A stretch of DNA of 63,775 bases, the filler included, from Atractiella rhizophila (lineage: Eukaryota): NCBI GenBank assembly GCA_021432655.1. It is 4 parts of 4 records of this genome, joined end to end, with 100 filler letters (N's around TTAATTAATTAA, not from the genome) between each part and the next. Parts side by side here need not be neighbours in the genome. Positions count along the whole stretch, not along the records: positions 1 to 27,111 come from MU271748.1; 3 more parts are not named here. One strand, given 5' to 3'. Made by a program: the position numbers and the translations under genes. The notes below the pieces were generated by a model. The model ran no database searches, was not told the origin of the DNA, and saw only the letters and a list, made by a program, of their open reading frames with translations. This document shows, one piece after another, positions 1 to 12,724 of this stretch; within the stretch, counting starts at the first letter, position 1; each line of letters begins with the position of its first letter.

Positions 1-1212
1 GGTGTACCAGATTTCCAGCTTCTTTCCATCACGACACCTCTTCCTCCTGGGGTGCAACCCAGAAGGTTCTGGCCATCTTCATGTCCATTTTTGAAAGGAA
101 CTACCATGGCGAGCAAGAAAGTCATGGGAGAAAGAAGTGTGGTCGTAAATTGCCACAGGGTACACCTTAGCTTTCATGCACAGGGGAAAGGTGCATGACT
201 GTTAGACTTCCTCTACCCTCCGTTATTTTTGCGAATACTTTGAAAAAACAGACTGATATAGTACATTCGCCTGGACTGTACTATATCAATGTTGCGCACA
301 CGTCACTGAACGCGAAAGGAAAGTGCAGTAATTAAGGTCGCGAAACCATGCAGATTGATAACCCAAGCTCGAGGATCATCGACGGTATTCCAGATGGAGG
401 CAAGAGAGATTCATTCTCCATCTACCTCTTCAACTTTCTTGATCTCTCGTCAGTGGCGTTTATCGAAACCGCACGTCCACGCACTCCTCCTCACATCCGA
501 AGCAGCAATGCAACTCTGCCGCTAGACCGAGGATGACCAGGTGGTGAACCAACACGACAAGCAAACGAAGAACAAGCTCACTAGCTTTGAGCAGTCAAAG
601 AGGGGATGTGCATCGTAAGAAAGTAGAAATCAAACTCGTCTAATCTCCCCTTTGTTCCCTTCAACGCAGTGTTTGTACTTGCGAAAACTTCTCGCATACT
701 CTTTGCTTCCAACCTGTTGGGAGACAATGCCATAGCACATGTACGTCACACCGGCGCTTTATGATCCACGACCCCAGCTCTGACCAGGAAAGACTCACCC
801 GCTCCAATCATCCAGCAGCAGTTATCAAACCCAACAGTTTCAACTTGTGCAAATACTCCAAGAAATCCGCTGAATGTGGAGGTACTGTATTCCAGAGCAC
901 CAGAGAGGTCTTTATAGAAGTAGGTATATGATGATAGGCTGAAGGAAGATCAGGATCCGAGCAAAGTTCGAGGAAGTCGGCCACGCGTCGGTGACGTCCG
1001 TTGCATTGGGCACATAAGAAGGTTCGCAATTCGCCACGTTCTTCCAAAATGATCGTTCTTCCAGAATAACGGGTGTAATCAGATCTCCCCAAAGTCATAA
1101 AACCAACACTCGACCAAACAGGGCTTCGTTGAAACCTTGGAAGCTTAAAGCTCATTGAGGGCCGCATCGATTTATTCACTTCATTGATCAAATTTCTCCA
1201 ATCTTCGATAAC

Positions 1213-2481
1213 ATGTTTCATTTACCACCCTCTCCTACCGCTCAATCACCTTCCGCTTTACCAACTGAGCCGCTTCTCTCAGCCCCAGCGGCACTGACTG
1301 ATCTGCCACCGCAAAGTCCAGAGAGCTGCAAGTTCTCTACCTTCGGTTCTGTCAATCTTCCCCCAAGCCCAAACGATAAGTCTGAAGAGCCCGCGTACCG
1401 TATTGCTAGTTTTCCCAGCTCCGACTGTCTTCAACATGCAGAGGTTGGGCAGGACTTTACGGTCATGCCCAAATCCATTTTTAAATTTTCATGAACGAGC
1501 TTTTTAACAATTCTGCAACCGCGGACATCATTTTCCGAATCCAGTCCCCATCCTCCTCAAGCGATTACGAATACCTCTATGCACAGCGCAGCATCTTGAC
1601 TGCTCGTTCTTCATACTTTGCTGAAAGTACGCTGTGCTTCTCTTTCCTACTACCATCAATAGCTCAAATGAATGTCGTGGATGGAAAGCGTTGAACACTA
1701 AACAGAAAAAGAAAACGAAGAAGGGAAAGGGACAAGTGGGGGAAACGAAGAGTACCGTGGATGGAGCAAAGGAGATCTCAGTTCAGAGGATGCGATATCG
1801 AACCTTCTATTCCTTTGTCCGCTGGTTGTACAGCGGGTACGCCCTCCATTTGCTGCACTTAAGGCAACTGGTGGTATCACCATCCAACGATATGTGTACG
1901 TCTGCAGAAGCATTCACTTCGCCACTCCGTACTTCACAGCACCCTATGACCACTATGAAGCCCAACTGGTAGAACTGGATAGAGAGAATGGAGCGACACA
2001 TTGCAATCCGCTTGAGGTTTACGTCTGTGCAGATCGTGCGTCTATTCATGCCACTGCTATTTGCGAGACTGATCCTTGAAATCAACTTAAAACAGGATAC
2101 GGAAGCGATGATCTCAAACGTCTTGTGCTTAAATCTCTTCCACAGTGCCTAGGAGGCGGACTGGCGTTTTCTCTGCTTTTCTCTCCCTATGCGTTAGCAT
2201 ACGAGGATATCAAACAGTGCCTCCTGGGATACATAAAAGAACACATCGTATGTCACATCCATGCCACCTCCCTCTCCCTCTGTATATTCCATTCATCCAT
2301 TGATGCCGTATATTCTGGAAAGGCCGAGCTCAAACTGTCGAAGGATCTTGTAGACCTGGTTCTCAACCGCCCAACTGGGTTGGACATGGAGTTGGACGCG
2401 ACAATGGTTGGGCTGAGATTCAGGGATGACAGAGCGGCACAAGCGTGGAAAGATGTGTTGGAAATTTTGATTGGTGCTTGA
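1213..2481 (+). CDS. BTB/POZ-domain protein (multi-exon)
   Basis: Exons read ELFNNSATADIIFRI...YLYAQRSILTARSSYF, then YRTFYSFVRWLYSG, then CNPLEVYVCADR/YGSDDLKRLVL. This is the fungal BTB pattern. The start may be 1213 or 1491. Confidence 0.7.
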
Positions 2482-2863
2482 CTTCGGATCCCGTTGCGAT
2501 TTGCGAACTATTAAAGGAAGGAGTGATTGGCGGGCTTCGTTGTATAAGGTTTACTGAGCCGAGATAATGGGTGCCAACTCACTAAACTGGAACGACGGGT
2601 CAACATCGACACTCTGAAATTCACGTCAGCTCAAGCCACAATAATAGTGGACCGCACCTGCGAATGAGTGCTTAAATCCCCCTCCTGACCAAGCATCTCC
2701 ACCCGCTTGTTAGCACTTGCCGGAGCAAGGCAGTCACGGTACACATTCAAAATTCTGAGTCTCTGCTCCCTGAATCTAACCATCATTCTTTCTCCAGATC
2801 CTCCTATCATAACCAATACCTAACCCCGACCCTGGACCCATTCTCTCAGGTCAACAAACGAGT

Positions 2864-5337
2864 ATGACGAAGAGGAGGACAAAGAAGACTAGAGGATCCA
2901 CGCCACTACCCGCCACTCCCGACGCGTCTCAAAACCCAAAGCCAGAATATCAACAAGGGGCAACGCCAAGGAATATGCCCCCGAACTTCAAACTGCTGCA
3001 GCGCAACCTGCAACTAGGTGAACGATTCAAGTCGGAATCACCAGTCGTGGTGTTGGAAGATCTACATCCAAACATAGATGTCAAGATCGAATTGCCAGTC
3101 GAGCTAATGACCTATAAGGCAGCAGATTGGAAGGATGATTGTGCGAAGATGGGCGGAGTTCTGATTCACCACGAGATCGAGCCTCCTGTGATAGCGTACT
3201 CGAACATTTCGCTGTCATTCGAATTCCAAGACCAACTTCAGAGTGCTGCTTCGGATGGGAACACGCAACTAGCACGAAACGCTGCCTACACTCTCGGGGC
3301 TAGACCTCGCTGTTTTGTCTGGAATCTGTTGATTGATAAAGATGGAGATAAACAATACTCTTGGAGTAATTGTATGCGTGGTGGGCACTTTCGGGGACAG
3401 CCGAAACGCCTCGAAGACCACCACTTCAAAGAAGTCGCGCGAACCATTGCAAAGTTTGCGAAAGCGAGCGAGGAACAGATGGGATTTCTCAACATCTTTG
3501 ATCACGACCCAGCGTGGCACTTCACCTGGGAGTTAGACTGTCGGTCTCGAATTGAGGAGCCAGTGAATCAGTTATTCGGCTCAACCCCCCCCGCCAATTT
3601 GCCCAACGTTCCGCTACGCTCAGTAGAGCCAACGTTCGCGTCTGCAGTCACGCCGTCGTCCACAATGCTTCTTCCTTCCCAATTTATCCCAAATCCCAAA
3701 CACAAATTTAAACTGGACCTAACGGACGTTTGAAGGGATGGCATGTAGTTGGCGACAGCTCCGAGTTCAAGCCTAACTGGGTGCAGGAAATCCTATTTCG
3801 TTCATATTCCATTGCTGGCAGCGGAACGCAAGTTTGGATGTGCGAGCTGGAAGGAGGAAAGTATGGTGTCATCAAGTATGTGTGGCTGACGAATATCCTG
3901 TTGGAAAGGTTGGAGGAGCACGTCAAACTTTTCGATCATTGGAGGAGCCTTTGGAAGACCCAACCGCCACGAAAGCTCGATGGATTGCCAGCGGATGCGA
4001 TGGATTTGGAATGGTTACGACACGCTCCTCGTCTCATTTTTTCTTAGCCTAATCTTTCAACTAGAAACCTCCTGTCCAAGAATGCTCTCTGGAAGGGCAG
4101 CGATGTTTCAGAGGTCATGGAGACAGATCGAATTCTCATTCTCATCTACCATTCTACGGCCGGCCTCCCTCTTTCTTCAGCGAAACATCTGGACGATGTC
4201 CTCGACGCATTCAAAGGTGTCTTAACGCGTGCGTGCTCTCTCTTTGTTTTGCGGCTCTCGCCTTAATGTGTTGACAGAATTGGCCAAGCTGAACGATCAC
4301 GACTTTGTCCATCGAGATGTTTCCTATGCCAACATGTTCATCCGCGAGTTCCAGACGGGTGCGGATACTGGGAATACTCCAGTTGTCGGATGGTTGAATG
4401 ATTTTGACTTCTCGATACAACATGAGAAGATCAAGGACAAATTTCGTTCAAAGCCACATCCACTTTCAGTGAGTACTGTAGCTCGCCCTGCTCTCCATAT
4501 GTTTGTTGAGTTGACTTCATGAAGGGAACCTTTGTGTTCCTGTCTCGGTGCGTACTGAACGCTTTGACGAACGAATATAAGTACGAGCAGTCGGTTATGG
4601 ACGACATCGAGTCCGTGATCTACTGCGTTACCTACCTACTTTTTCTGCAACTACTATCCGGAAACTAAAAGGCAGCTGGGACCACTCCTGAAGCGAGATT
4701 GGAGCCACAAGCACGAGACGTCGACAGGAGAAGGGTCGGGAAGAAAATTCAGTAGCTCCAAAGAACCTGGGACCAAGGAACCGAGATCCAAGAAACAGAG
4801 GGCAACGGCGGGGGATCTATCCTCAACAATTCAGGGAAACAATCCATTCGCCAAGACATTCCTTATCCACTTCAGCGGTGGTCGGACCCAACGAATGCCT
4901 TGAACGCGAAATTGCGTCTTCTCGACAATTTGGAGTCAGACGACGTGGATGTTTTTACCGACCGATTGAAGCAACATCTAGTCAATGATGAGGCTTGGGA
5001 CCGAGAGCATGTCGTACAGCTACTTTGGGAACTCACCCAGCTCACCCAGCCGCTTCAACTTCCCATGGCAGATGTTGAGCGGCGCAGGAATTGGGCCACC
5101 CTCTTTCCTGATGGATGCAATCAAAAAGAAGTTGTTAAGAACATCGTTAGAAAGAGGTGCACGCTTTGGAGCGGGGAAAAAAGAGATTTAACGGGGAGCT
5201 GTAGGTTGGCTTTGTCTCGAACAGCTGAACGAGATGTAACGTCCACTAAAACGATCCTTCTGAAGCGTTCTGCCTTGGAAATCGCTATCGTACAAGCGGA
5301 CTTTTTGAGTTGTTTCCCAACGCACGTGCACAATTAG
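2864..5337 (+). pseudogene. FunK1-family (fungal-specific) protein kinase, disrupted
   Basis: Motifs SIAGSGTQVW, VIKYVW, FVHRDVSYANM, GWLNDFDFS, GTFVFLS and DDIESVIY. Interrupted by a frameshift at ~3730, TAG at 4045-4047, TAA at 4666-4668 and a further frame change near 4870-4900. The 3' end is uncertain. Confidence 0.75.
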
Positions 5338-5804
5338 AGTTCAACAATATTGCTTGTATTTATTGCATCATGTAAAATACAACGTTACAACAATTTCAGT
5401 TATAGACAATTTCGCCTTTCAAGCGGCAGTATCCGCTCCACACCCTCTCAATTGAGCATATTATGCATTACGGGCCTGCTCTGTAGATTCTCGCGTTTCT
5501 GGCGGTACATTTAGAGAGGAGGGAGGGTCAGTCCCAGTTCCTTCATATCCAGCTCCCTCTGCTGGTACAGTATGCCCATCGATGGGTGAGGTTGGATGAT
5601 GTGAATGGGTGTGAGTCGTGGCAGGCCATGGCAGGAGGGACCGAAAGTGAGGAATGGGGGATGAAGAGAACATTCGTTCTTTGATATTTCATTCGCTCAA
5701 AGCCCACATACTAATTATACCGACAGATACGCAACGATTTGATTAATATTGATTATTGGTTGACCAATATGCGTCGATGCACGTTGCTCTGTAGCTTTGT
5801 TTAA

Positions 5805-5996
5805 ATGGCTACAACTTTTGCACCAGTACAGCTCAGCCTGTGGCCAAAGCGTGAATGGGACTTGGAAGACGAGGCGGCGGAGGTGGAAGAAGTACCTGCG
5901 AGCATCGACAGGATTAGTTGGCCACCAAAGAAGCTATTGAAGTATGAGGCTGCGGACTGGAAGGACGAGAACTCGCTCGAGGCTTGGATGGAATAG
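5805..5996 (+). pseudogene. Fragment resembling the N-terminal region of the FunK1 gene
   Basis: KLLKYEAADWKDE matches ELMTYKAADWKDD in the 2864 ORF, followed by an early stop. Confidence 0.45.
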
Positions 5997-6298
5997 TTGT
6001 ATAGAGTATGTACATGGTATTCATTTGAGCAGAGTACATCCCAGCATTTGTTCCCAAATCGCCGGAGTCCAGATACCGCAAAGTCGATAAACATTTGCGG
6101 GCTACAGAGAATCCTACTACTTGACCCAGCGTGAAGTAAACCTTCATGTTTGGCCAATTCGAATATATCGTTGTTATTCGAGTTCAAAAAAACTCAACAG
6201 TGCGCCACAAACCAGTTGTTAAATAATGCGTACTCTATTCGCAACATGATTACATTTGCTTCAATGGGCATGTTGAGGAACTTTAGGACTAGGAAACA

Positions 6299-8070
6299 TT
6301 ATTTATCAGAGTAAAACGGAGTTCTACGAACGGGCAAGTCACCCTCAAGAAGGTACACATCAAAGTACTGCGATTCCAAAGCAAGCTCTTCACCAACGCA
6401 AATGGGATTGAGGCAAAACTGGCTTTCCGGCGCATTCTCTTCCATTCCAACAATCTGGCAAACGTTACGGTGCATTGTCAGGAAGAGATCGTGATAATCG
6501 CCCAAAAATGCGTGAAATTCGATGACAAGCTTTTGGTTACCTCTACGCGTTTGTTTGGAAAGAAACGAGAAGAGGGAAGAGAGATCGATGTAACAGCCCA
6601 TCAGAGCTAATTGTACGAGATTTGGACAGTCTAGAGTATCGAGAAAGTTGGGACTGAGCAGACCAGACCATTCGTGACCACCGTCAAGTCCGAGGACGGA
6701 GAGCGAATTACAGGCAGTTACTGCGTCGTCCAAGTGATTTGAAAAGCGGTACATCTGCGGTTCTTTTTGTAACCTGTACATTGGACGAACTTCGACAGAA
6801 AGGAATTGTAGGGACTGTGATCGTTTTCGGATGACGCTTGAAATGACGGAGTCGTACTCAGTACCTTCGTTGAAAGTTGAGAAACCGAAGCCGGTTCCGT
6901 CCTGAGAGAATATGCTCTTGAGTAACTGGTTCAAGGTGGACACCCTCGCTCCTCGGCATGAATGAAGGACGAGCTTCCCAATGTTGTGGATTTGTTGACC
7001 GGAGATATCTAAGGGTATTTGCTCCTCGAAATCCCATCCGTCAAGAGCCAGAATATCCGGATTCCATCCTGCCTGCGCCATCTTTATGAGATAGAGGAGG
7101 TCTTCAAGGCACCATCTTGGGCGCAGTCGAGGGCCAGAGGCGACAGGAGCAAAAATATTGAGGCGTCTGAGCCGCGACAAGGCTCCAATAGCGTTTAAAA
7201 GTTTTAGTTTCCTCTTTGGGACACTAGGGGGATCGGCCTCGATCCTGAGGAAATTAAGCCTGGTGGCATGCGAAAGGACGTCGATGATAGTTGACCAACT
7301 GCCGGGGCGAATATTCTGTTCGTCAACGCATAATTTTTGCAAATGGGCGGTCACCATGCGAGGATATCTGTTTAAAGGAGAGAGGGTCATTAAACAGGTC
7401 TGTTCTTCGGAAGGGATGGTGAGGCTAGCCTTTGAAAGAACATAGCAATGTCGAATCGTTTCACCTCTGCCTGATCCCACTGTATTATCAGCCGACAGCC
7501 TGAAGGACCAAGCGTCCAATCGGTAATGTCCGATCCAAGGATTGAGCATTGGATATCCAAACCGATTCTTGAGAACCTTCTGCATGTTTGTCGAATGCCT
7601 TGAAGGCGAACAAAGCCGGAAAGCGTACGATGACCCAGACGAGATTCTTCGTAGGTGACAGTCAAGCTGAGGCAAAGGTGGACAAGCTCGTCGGGAAGAG
7701 TACAAAAAGGGCGATCCTCCCATTTTTCGAAGAGGAACATACTGTGGACTATCGATTCGGCATCGGGAATGTGATCAAGAGGCTGAAGATGGAGTTTTGC
7801 GGCGTCGAATGGTGCCGAACGGTCAAACTGGTCGATGTCCGTCTCAAAACATGTATCCATTACACCCATAAATTTGTCAACGGAGACATTTTTGAAGAAA
7901 TTGGAGTCGCGGTAAATAGCCGCTCTCCTGCTAGAAGAAACTTGGATGGATTGTAATTGTTGTGTAGAGTCAGGTTCACAGCGGAATAGAAGACCAATCA
8001 AGCTGGCCATCTCTCTGGATTCGCGCCACCTGAAGTATACCGTGGCTGGAAGCGAGTTGTTAACAGGCAT
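6299..8070 (-). CDS. F-box protein with LRR-like C-terminus (probably two exons)
   Basis: F-box-like PFCTLPDELVHLCLSL...IRQTCRRFSRIG in ORF 7390-8070. It continues into ORF 6299-7723 (LSRLRRLNI, LQFLSV, LSVLGL, CPNLVQLALMGC), probably through a ~65-nt intron near 7400-7465. Confidence 0.6.
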
Positions 8071-8860
8071 TTATCCTGACCAGTTTCCCGGGATGATCTA
8101 CATCCCACTCACGGCTTTACGCCAGTCCACCTCTACTTTCCAGTATTGTCAGTGGGAAATTCCTGGCGGCGCCGCTACTTCCATTTGCTCCACTTGCTGT
8201 CTGTTCCCGCAGGACAAGTTGCGCCGAGCAACGCCTGAGGAAGCGCAAAGCGATCGCTCAATTTGGAAAAGCGCAGCCTTTACAGTTTGTAGAGAGACAT
8301 TCTCTTACAGTGGTAGAATATGGTCACGATCCTTTACTTTCACAGATGATATGAATGTTTGAAAGAGAAAAGGGAGTGTAGCCGTTAGCTTTCTCACGTC
8401 AAGATGCACGATGGACGAACTTTTGCAGGTGACGGGTGGTGATGGAGCTTTATACGTCCCGGAGATGGAGTAAAAACTGGGCTTTATGCGGCATACATGT
8501 AAAGGTCGATCTCTCCCCCAGCTATCTGTAAGTACCTTATTAGTTGGCAAGCAAAGCTCTGATATGCAGTTATCTGTGGCACTCGCTTTTTGAGCGGTCT
8601 GAAAGGAATCACAATGAGGTGGACAAGTAGAGGGACCGCCTCAACCCAGCGGGCCACCTAGGGCCTTCACTTTATACAAGCATGCGAAAGGATATCAATG
8701 CGATCATCACTGTATACCACGTCGATTGAAAGAGGAAAGCCGTACGACATTGCTTAATTGAGTCCCATTCTAAGTATTCCGTTTCGTATCATCAGTTCTT
8801 CCTAGTTCTTCACTATATCACTCCCCACTTCCATCATTGATGGCACTTCCAGTCCTCTTC

Positions 8861-8890
8861 AGAAACTTCCGGAACCTTCTGGCACTTTCT
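8861..8890. promoter_or_regulatory. Heat-shock element (HSE) upstream of HSP104
   Basis: aGAAa cTTCc gGAAc cTTCt gGcAc tTTCt: four perfect alternating nGAAn units plus two more in register, ~200 nt upstream of the HSP104 ATG. Confidence 0.85.
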
Positions 8891-8898
8891 GCCTCACA

Positions 8899-8906
8899 TG
8901 ACGTCA
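8899..8906. promoter_or_regulatory. CRE/ATF site TGACGTCA
   Basis: Perfect palindrome next to the HSE in the HSP104 promoter. Confidence 0.55.
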
Positions 8907-9078
8907 CAAAGAAAGCAAACTCTCGAATGAGCTGGATTGTTGTCGAATCCTTTGTTACCTTGTTATATTATCACCCAATCATCTCACACCATCCAGTCAG
9001 CCACCCATTTACTGTAAGAACACTCAGAATACCACCCACATCACTCATCAGCATAACATTCAGCAGTAGATCATAGCG

Positions 9079-12000
9079 ATGTCCAACTTCCAATTCACAG
9101 AAAAGGTATTGTTTACTCCCTTTTTACTGTTAAAATATTAACTAACATGTATCCAGACAAACGAGAGTCTTCGCAGCGCTATCTCCCTCGCAAAAGAACA
9201 TGCACACTCGACATGTGCGCCAGTGCATGTCGCCTCCACTCTCCTTTCCGAGGAGGGGGGTGTCCTCCCATCGATCCTCTCCAAATCCGGCGCGAACAGT
9301 TCTCTCCTCTCCCGCTCTCTGAATCGGCTCCTTGTTCGCCTACCATCCGTCTCTCCTCCTCCCGAAGAAGATCCAGCATTCTCTCAAAATACAATCTCAG
9401 TCCTAAAAGCCGCTCAAAAAGCTCAAAAAGCGCAAGGGGACGAGTACATCGCACAGGATCACATCGTGCTCGGACTCTTGTCCGATCATTCTTTCCTCTC
9501 AGCGTTGCAGGAGGCAGGAGGGAGCAAGGAGGCGGTGGAGAAGGCGACGAAGGCCTTGAGGGGTGGGAGGAAGGTGGAGACCAAGACGGCGGAGGAAGGT
9601 TTTGACGCGCTCAATAAATATGCTATCGATTTGACCTCCCTTGCTGCGGAGGGAAAGTTGGATCCCGTCATTGGGAGGGATAATGAGATTCGGAGGGTGA
9701 TCAGGATTTTGAGCAGGAGGACGAAGAATAATCCGGTGCTTATTGGTGAGCCCGGAGTAGGGAAGACTGCTGTGGTTGAGGGTCTCGCACAGAGAGTCAT
9801 TAATCGAGGTTCGTTTTTCCTTCCTGTCTACTCTTATCAAAACTGATGATGGTTGATCCGGATGTGGACAGATGTACCGGCGAACTTGCTTGGCAAGATC
9901 TTCTCCCTCGACATGGGAGCTCTCATGGCTGGCGCATCGTACAAAGGACAATACGAAGAGCGAGTGAAGAGCGTCTTGCAGGAGATCGAGAAGAGCGAGA
10001 CATCAATCATACTCTTCGTAGATGAGCTACACCTCATCATGGCTGGCAAGGATAGCGGAGGAGGGATGGATGCTGCAAACCTTCTCAAGCCCATGGTACG
10101 TCACGTCGCCCTTCTCTCCGTCATTGTAGCGATATTGATTCATGTGCGATATGTACAGCTTGCTAGAGGCCAGTTGAGAATGATCGGCGCGACGACACTC
10201 GCAGAGTACCGAAAATACATCGAAAAGGACGCAGCGTTCGAACGTCGATTCCAACAAGTGCTAGTAAACGAACCGACGGTCCCTGAGACAATCTCTATCT
10301 TGAGGGGCATCAGGGAGAAATACGAAGTGCATCACGGCGTCAACATACAGGATGCAGCTATCACCACAGCTGCTCAACTTGCACATCGGTATTTGACTAG
10401 TCGAAAGCTCCCGGATAGCGCTATCGATGTCAGTCACTCTCTTTTTCGATAATATGTAGACAGCGTGCTGATACCTGATCACAGTTGATTGATGAAGCTG
10501 CTGCCGCCGTCAGAGTCACGAGGGACAGTCAGCCAGAGGCGATAGATAAGTTGGAGAGGGCAAAGATTCAGCTGGAAGTCGAACATCACGCACTCGAGAA
10601 GGATTTGAAACTTAACAAGAAGGATGAGGAGATCAAGAAACGAATCGACGAGGTCAATGCCTCCATCGCCAAGGTGAGTTACATCTCTAATGTTATTAGA
10701 CAGCGACGTTAATTATGCGTTGATTACGATAGATTGACGACGAACTCACACCACTGAAGAGCGCTTATGCAGCGGAAAAGAGTCGCGGAGACGAGATCCA
10801 GCGACTTCGACAGCGGTTGGACGAGTTGCGAGCGAAGGCTGACGATGCCGAGAGACGGTACGACCTCGCGAAGGCAGCTGACCTCAGACATTATGCCATC
10901 CCTGACGTATCTGCGAAGATGGAGTCGCTCGAGAAGGCGAAGAGGGCGAAGGACGCGCAGAGGGGAGGTGGGATGGCGGGAGATACCGTAACACCGGATG
11001 CGATTGCAGATATCGTGGCGAAGTGGACGGGCATTCCGGTTAGCAGACTCAGGACGACGGAGAAGCAGAAGCTGTTGAGGATGGAGAAGGAGCTGGGGAA
11101 GGCGGTTATCGGACAACCGGAGGCTATTAAGGTATATCATGCTTCTTTCTTATGAGATATGACGCTTACTTGCATGTTGGGTTGGATAGGCGGTTTCGAA
11201 TGCCATCAGGTTGAGCAGGTCTGGTCTTGCGAACAACAACCGACCTATCGCCTCGTTCCTCTTCTGCGGTCCCTCTGGTACTGGTAAGACACTGTTGACG
11301 AAGAAGCTTGCTCAGTTCCTGTTTGACTCCGAGGACGCCATCTGTCGGATCGACGCGAGCGAATATTCAGAGAAGCATGCCATCTCGAGGCTGATTGGTA
11401 GTCCGCCTGGATATGTCGGACATGAAGAGGGCGGACAATTGACGGAGTGGATCAGGAGGAAGCCGTATTCGATCGTGCTCGTCGATGAGGTCGAGAAGGC
11501 TAGCAGGGAGTTTACCACAATCTTTTTGCAGATCCTGGATGATGGCAGATTGACGGATGGACAGGGAAGGGTACGTATTCCTTCTTACCAATTCTTCAAT
11601 TTAGTTGTTACAAATGCTTACTGGTATGGGTTTACGGACAGGTCGTCAACTTTAGAAACACAGTCATCTGCATGACCTCCAATCTCGGCGCTCAATTCCT
11701 GAATGATTACGAAGCAAATGGGGAAGCCGTTCCCCCGCATGTCAAGGAACTGGTGAACGGAGCCATACGGGCACACTTTGCGCCAGAGTTCATCAATCGT
11801 CTGGATTCCATCATCATCTTCAACAAGCTGTCGAGGAACGAAGTGAGGTCGATAGTCGACGTGAGGCTGCAAGAAGTGCAGAAGAGGTTGATATCGAACG
11901 GAAGGAATGTGACAATCGAGGTGGATGATGCCGCGAAGGACTATTTGGCTTCGCACGGTTACAATCCTGTGTATGGAGGTGAGCTCTCCATATCTTACTT

Positions 12001-12248
12001 TCGCATTCAATATCTAACACAGACATTGTTTTACAGCGCGCCCACTGAACCGTTCAATCCAAAATGAACTCCTCAACCCGCTCGCCCGCTTCCTCATTGA
12101 TGGGTCAATCCTCGATGGGGAAACAGCGAAAGTGACGTGCGATACTAGAGCCAACCGACTCGTGATTATCCCCAATCATTCTCCGACGGATATGGATGTG
12201 GACGAAGATGGAGACGATGAAATGGTCATTGAAGAGGTCGACGATTGA
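9079..12248 (+). CDS. HSP104: Hsp104/ClpB AAA+ disaggregase (multi-exon)
   Basis: [32 protein letters not shown] (Walker A1), [26 protein letters not shown] (Walker A2), [23 protein letters not shown] and PEFINRLD. Ends ...MVIEEVDD*. Confidence 0.97.
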
Positions 12249-12724
12249 ACATTTTCATAGTGGTTCCCACGATTATTTCTTCAAAAGTTGGAAGACTTGT
12301 TTGTTTATGGTCTCTGTTCGTGAATCTGTTCAACAATTGTATACAAATGGACAAAAGGTAATTGCAACTGCAACGTGAAAGTAGAGTTTGCTTGTATACT
12401 TCCATCAAACTCATGACCATATTGTACTTTCGCCAACTCAAAGAAGGGATAATTGATGAATTCCAGTTTATCGATCTCTCATCGGTCCGTCCATGTCGGC
12501 ATCACTGACGCCTCAATCATTTCATCAAATCTGGCACTTTTGAAGTACAGTGTCAAGTGACCCTACCTCTGTCCCCTTCGACAGCGGGGCTCAACACGTG
12601 TGGCTTGTTCTATCGATCGCTGCTCACGAACGGCCTTCAATACTTCATGTTAGTTCATAAGCTTCAATCCCCATAGTTTCGTATTCAAAATGTGCTCATC
12701 TCACTGTGGACAATCACGGGCAGA

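Noticed and set aside
808..1221. 137-aa minus-strand ORF with CxxC
   Set aside because: No recognisable family, and it overlaps the start of the BTB gene region; insufficient support.
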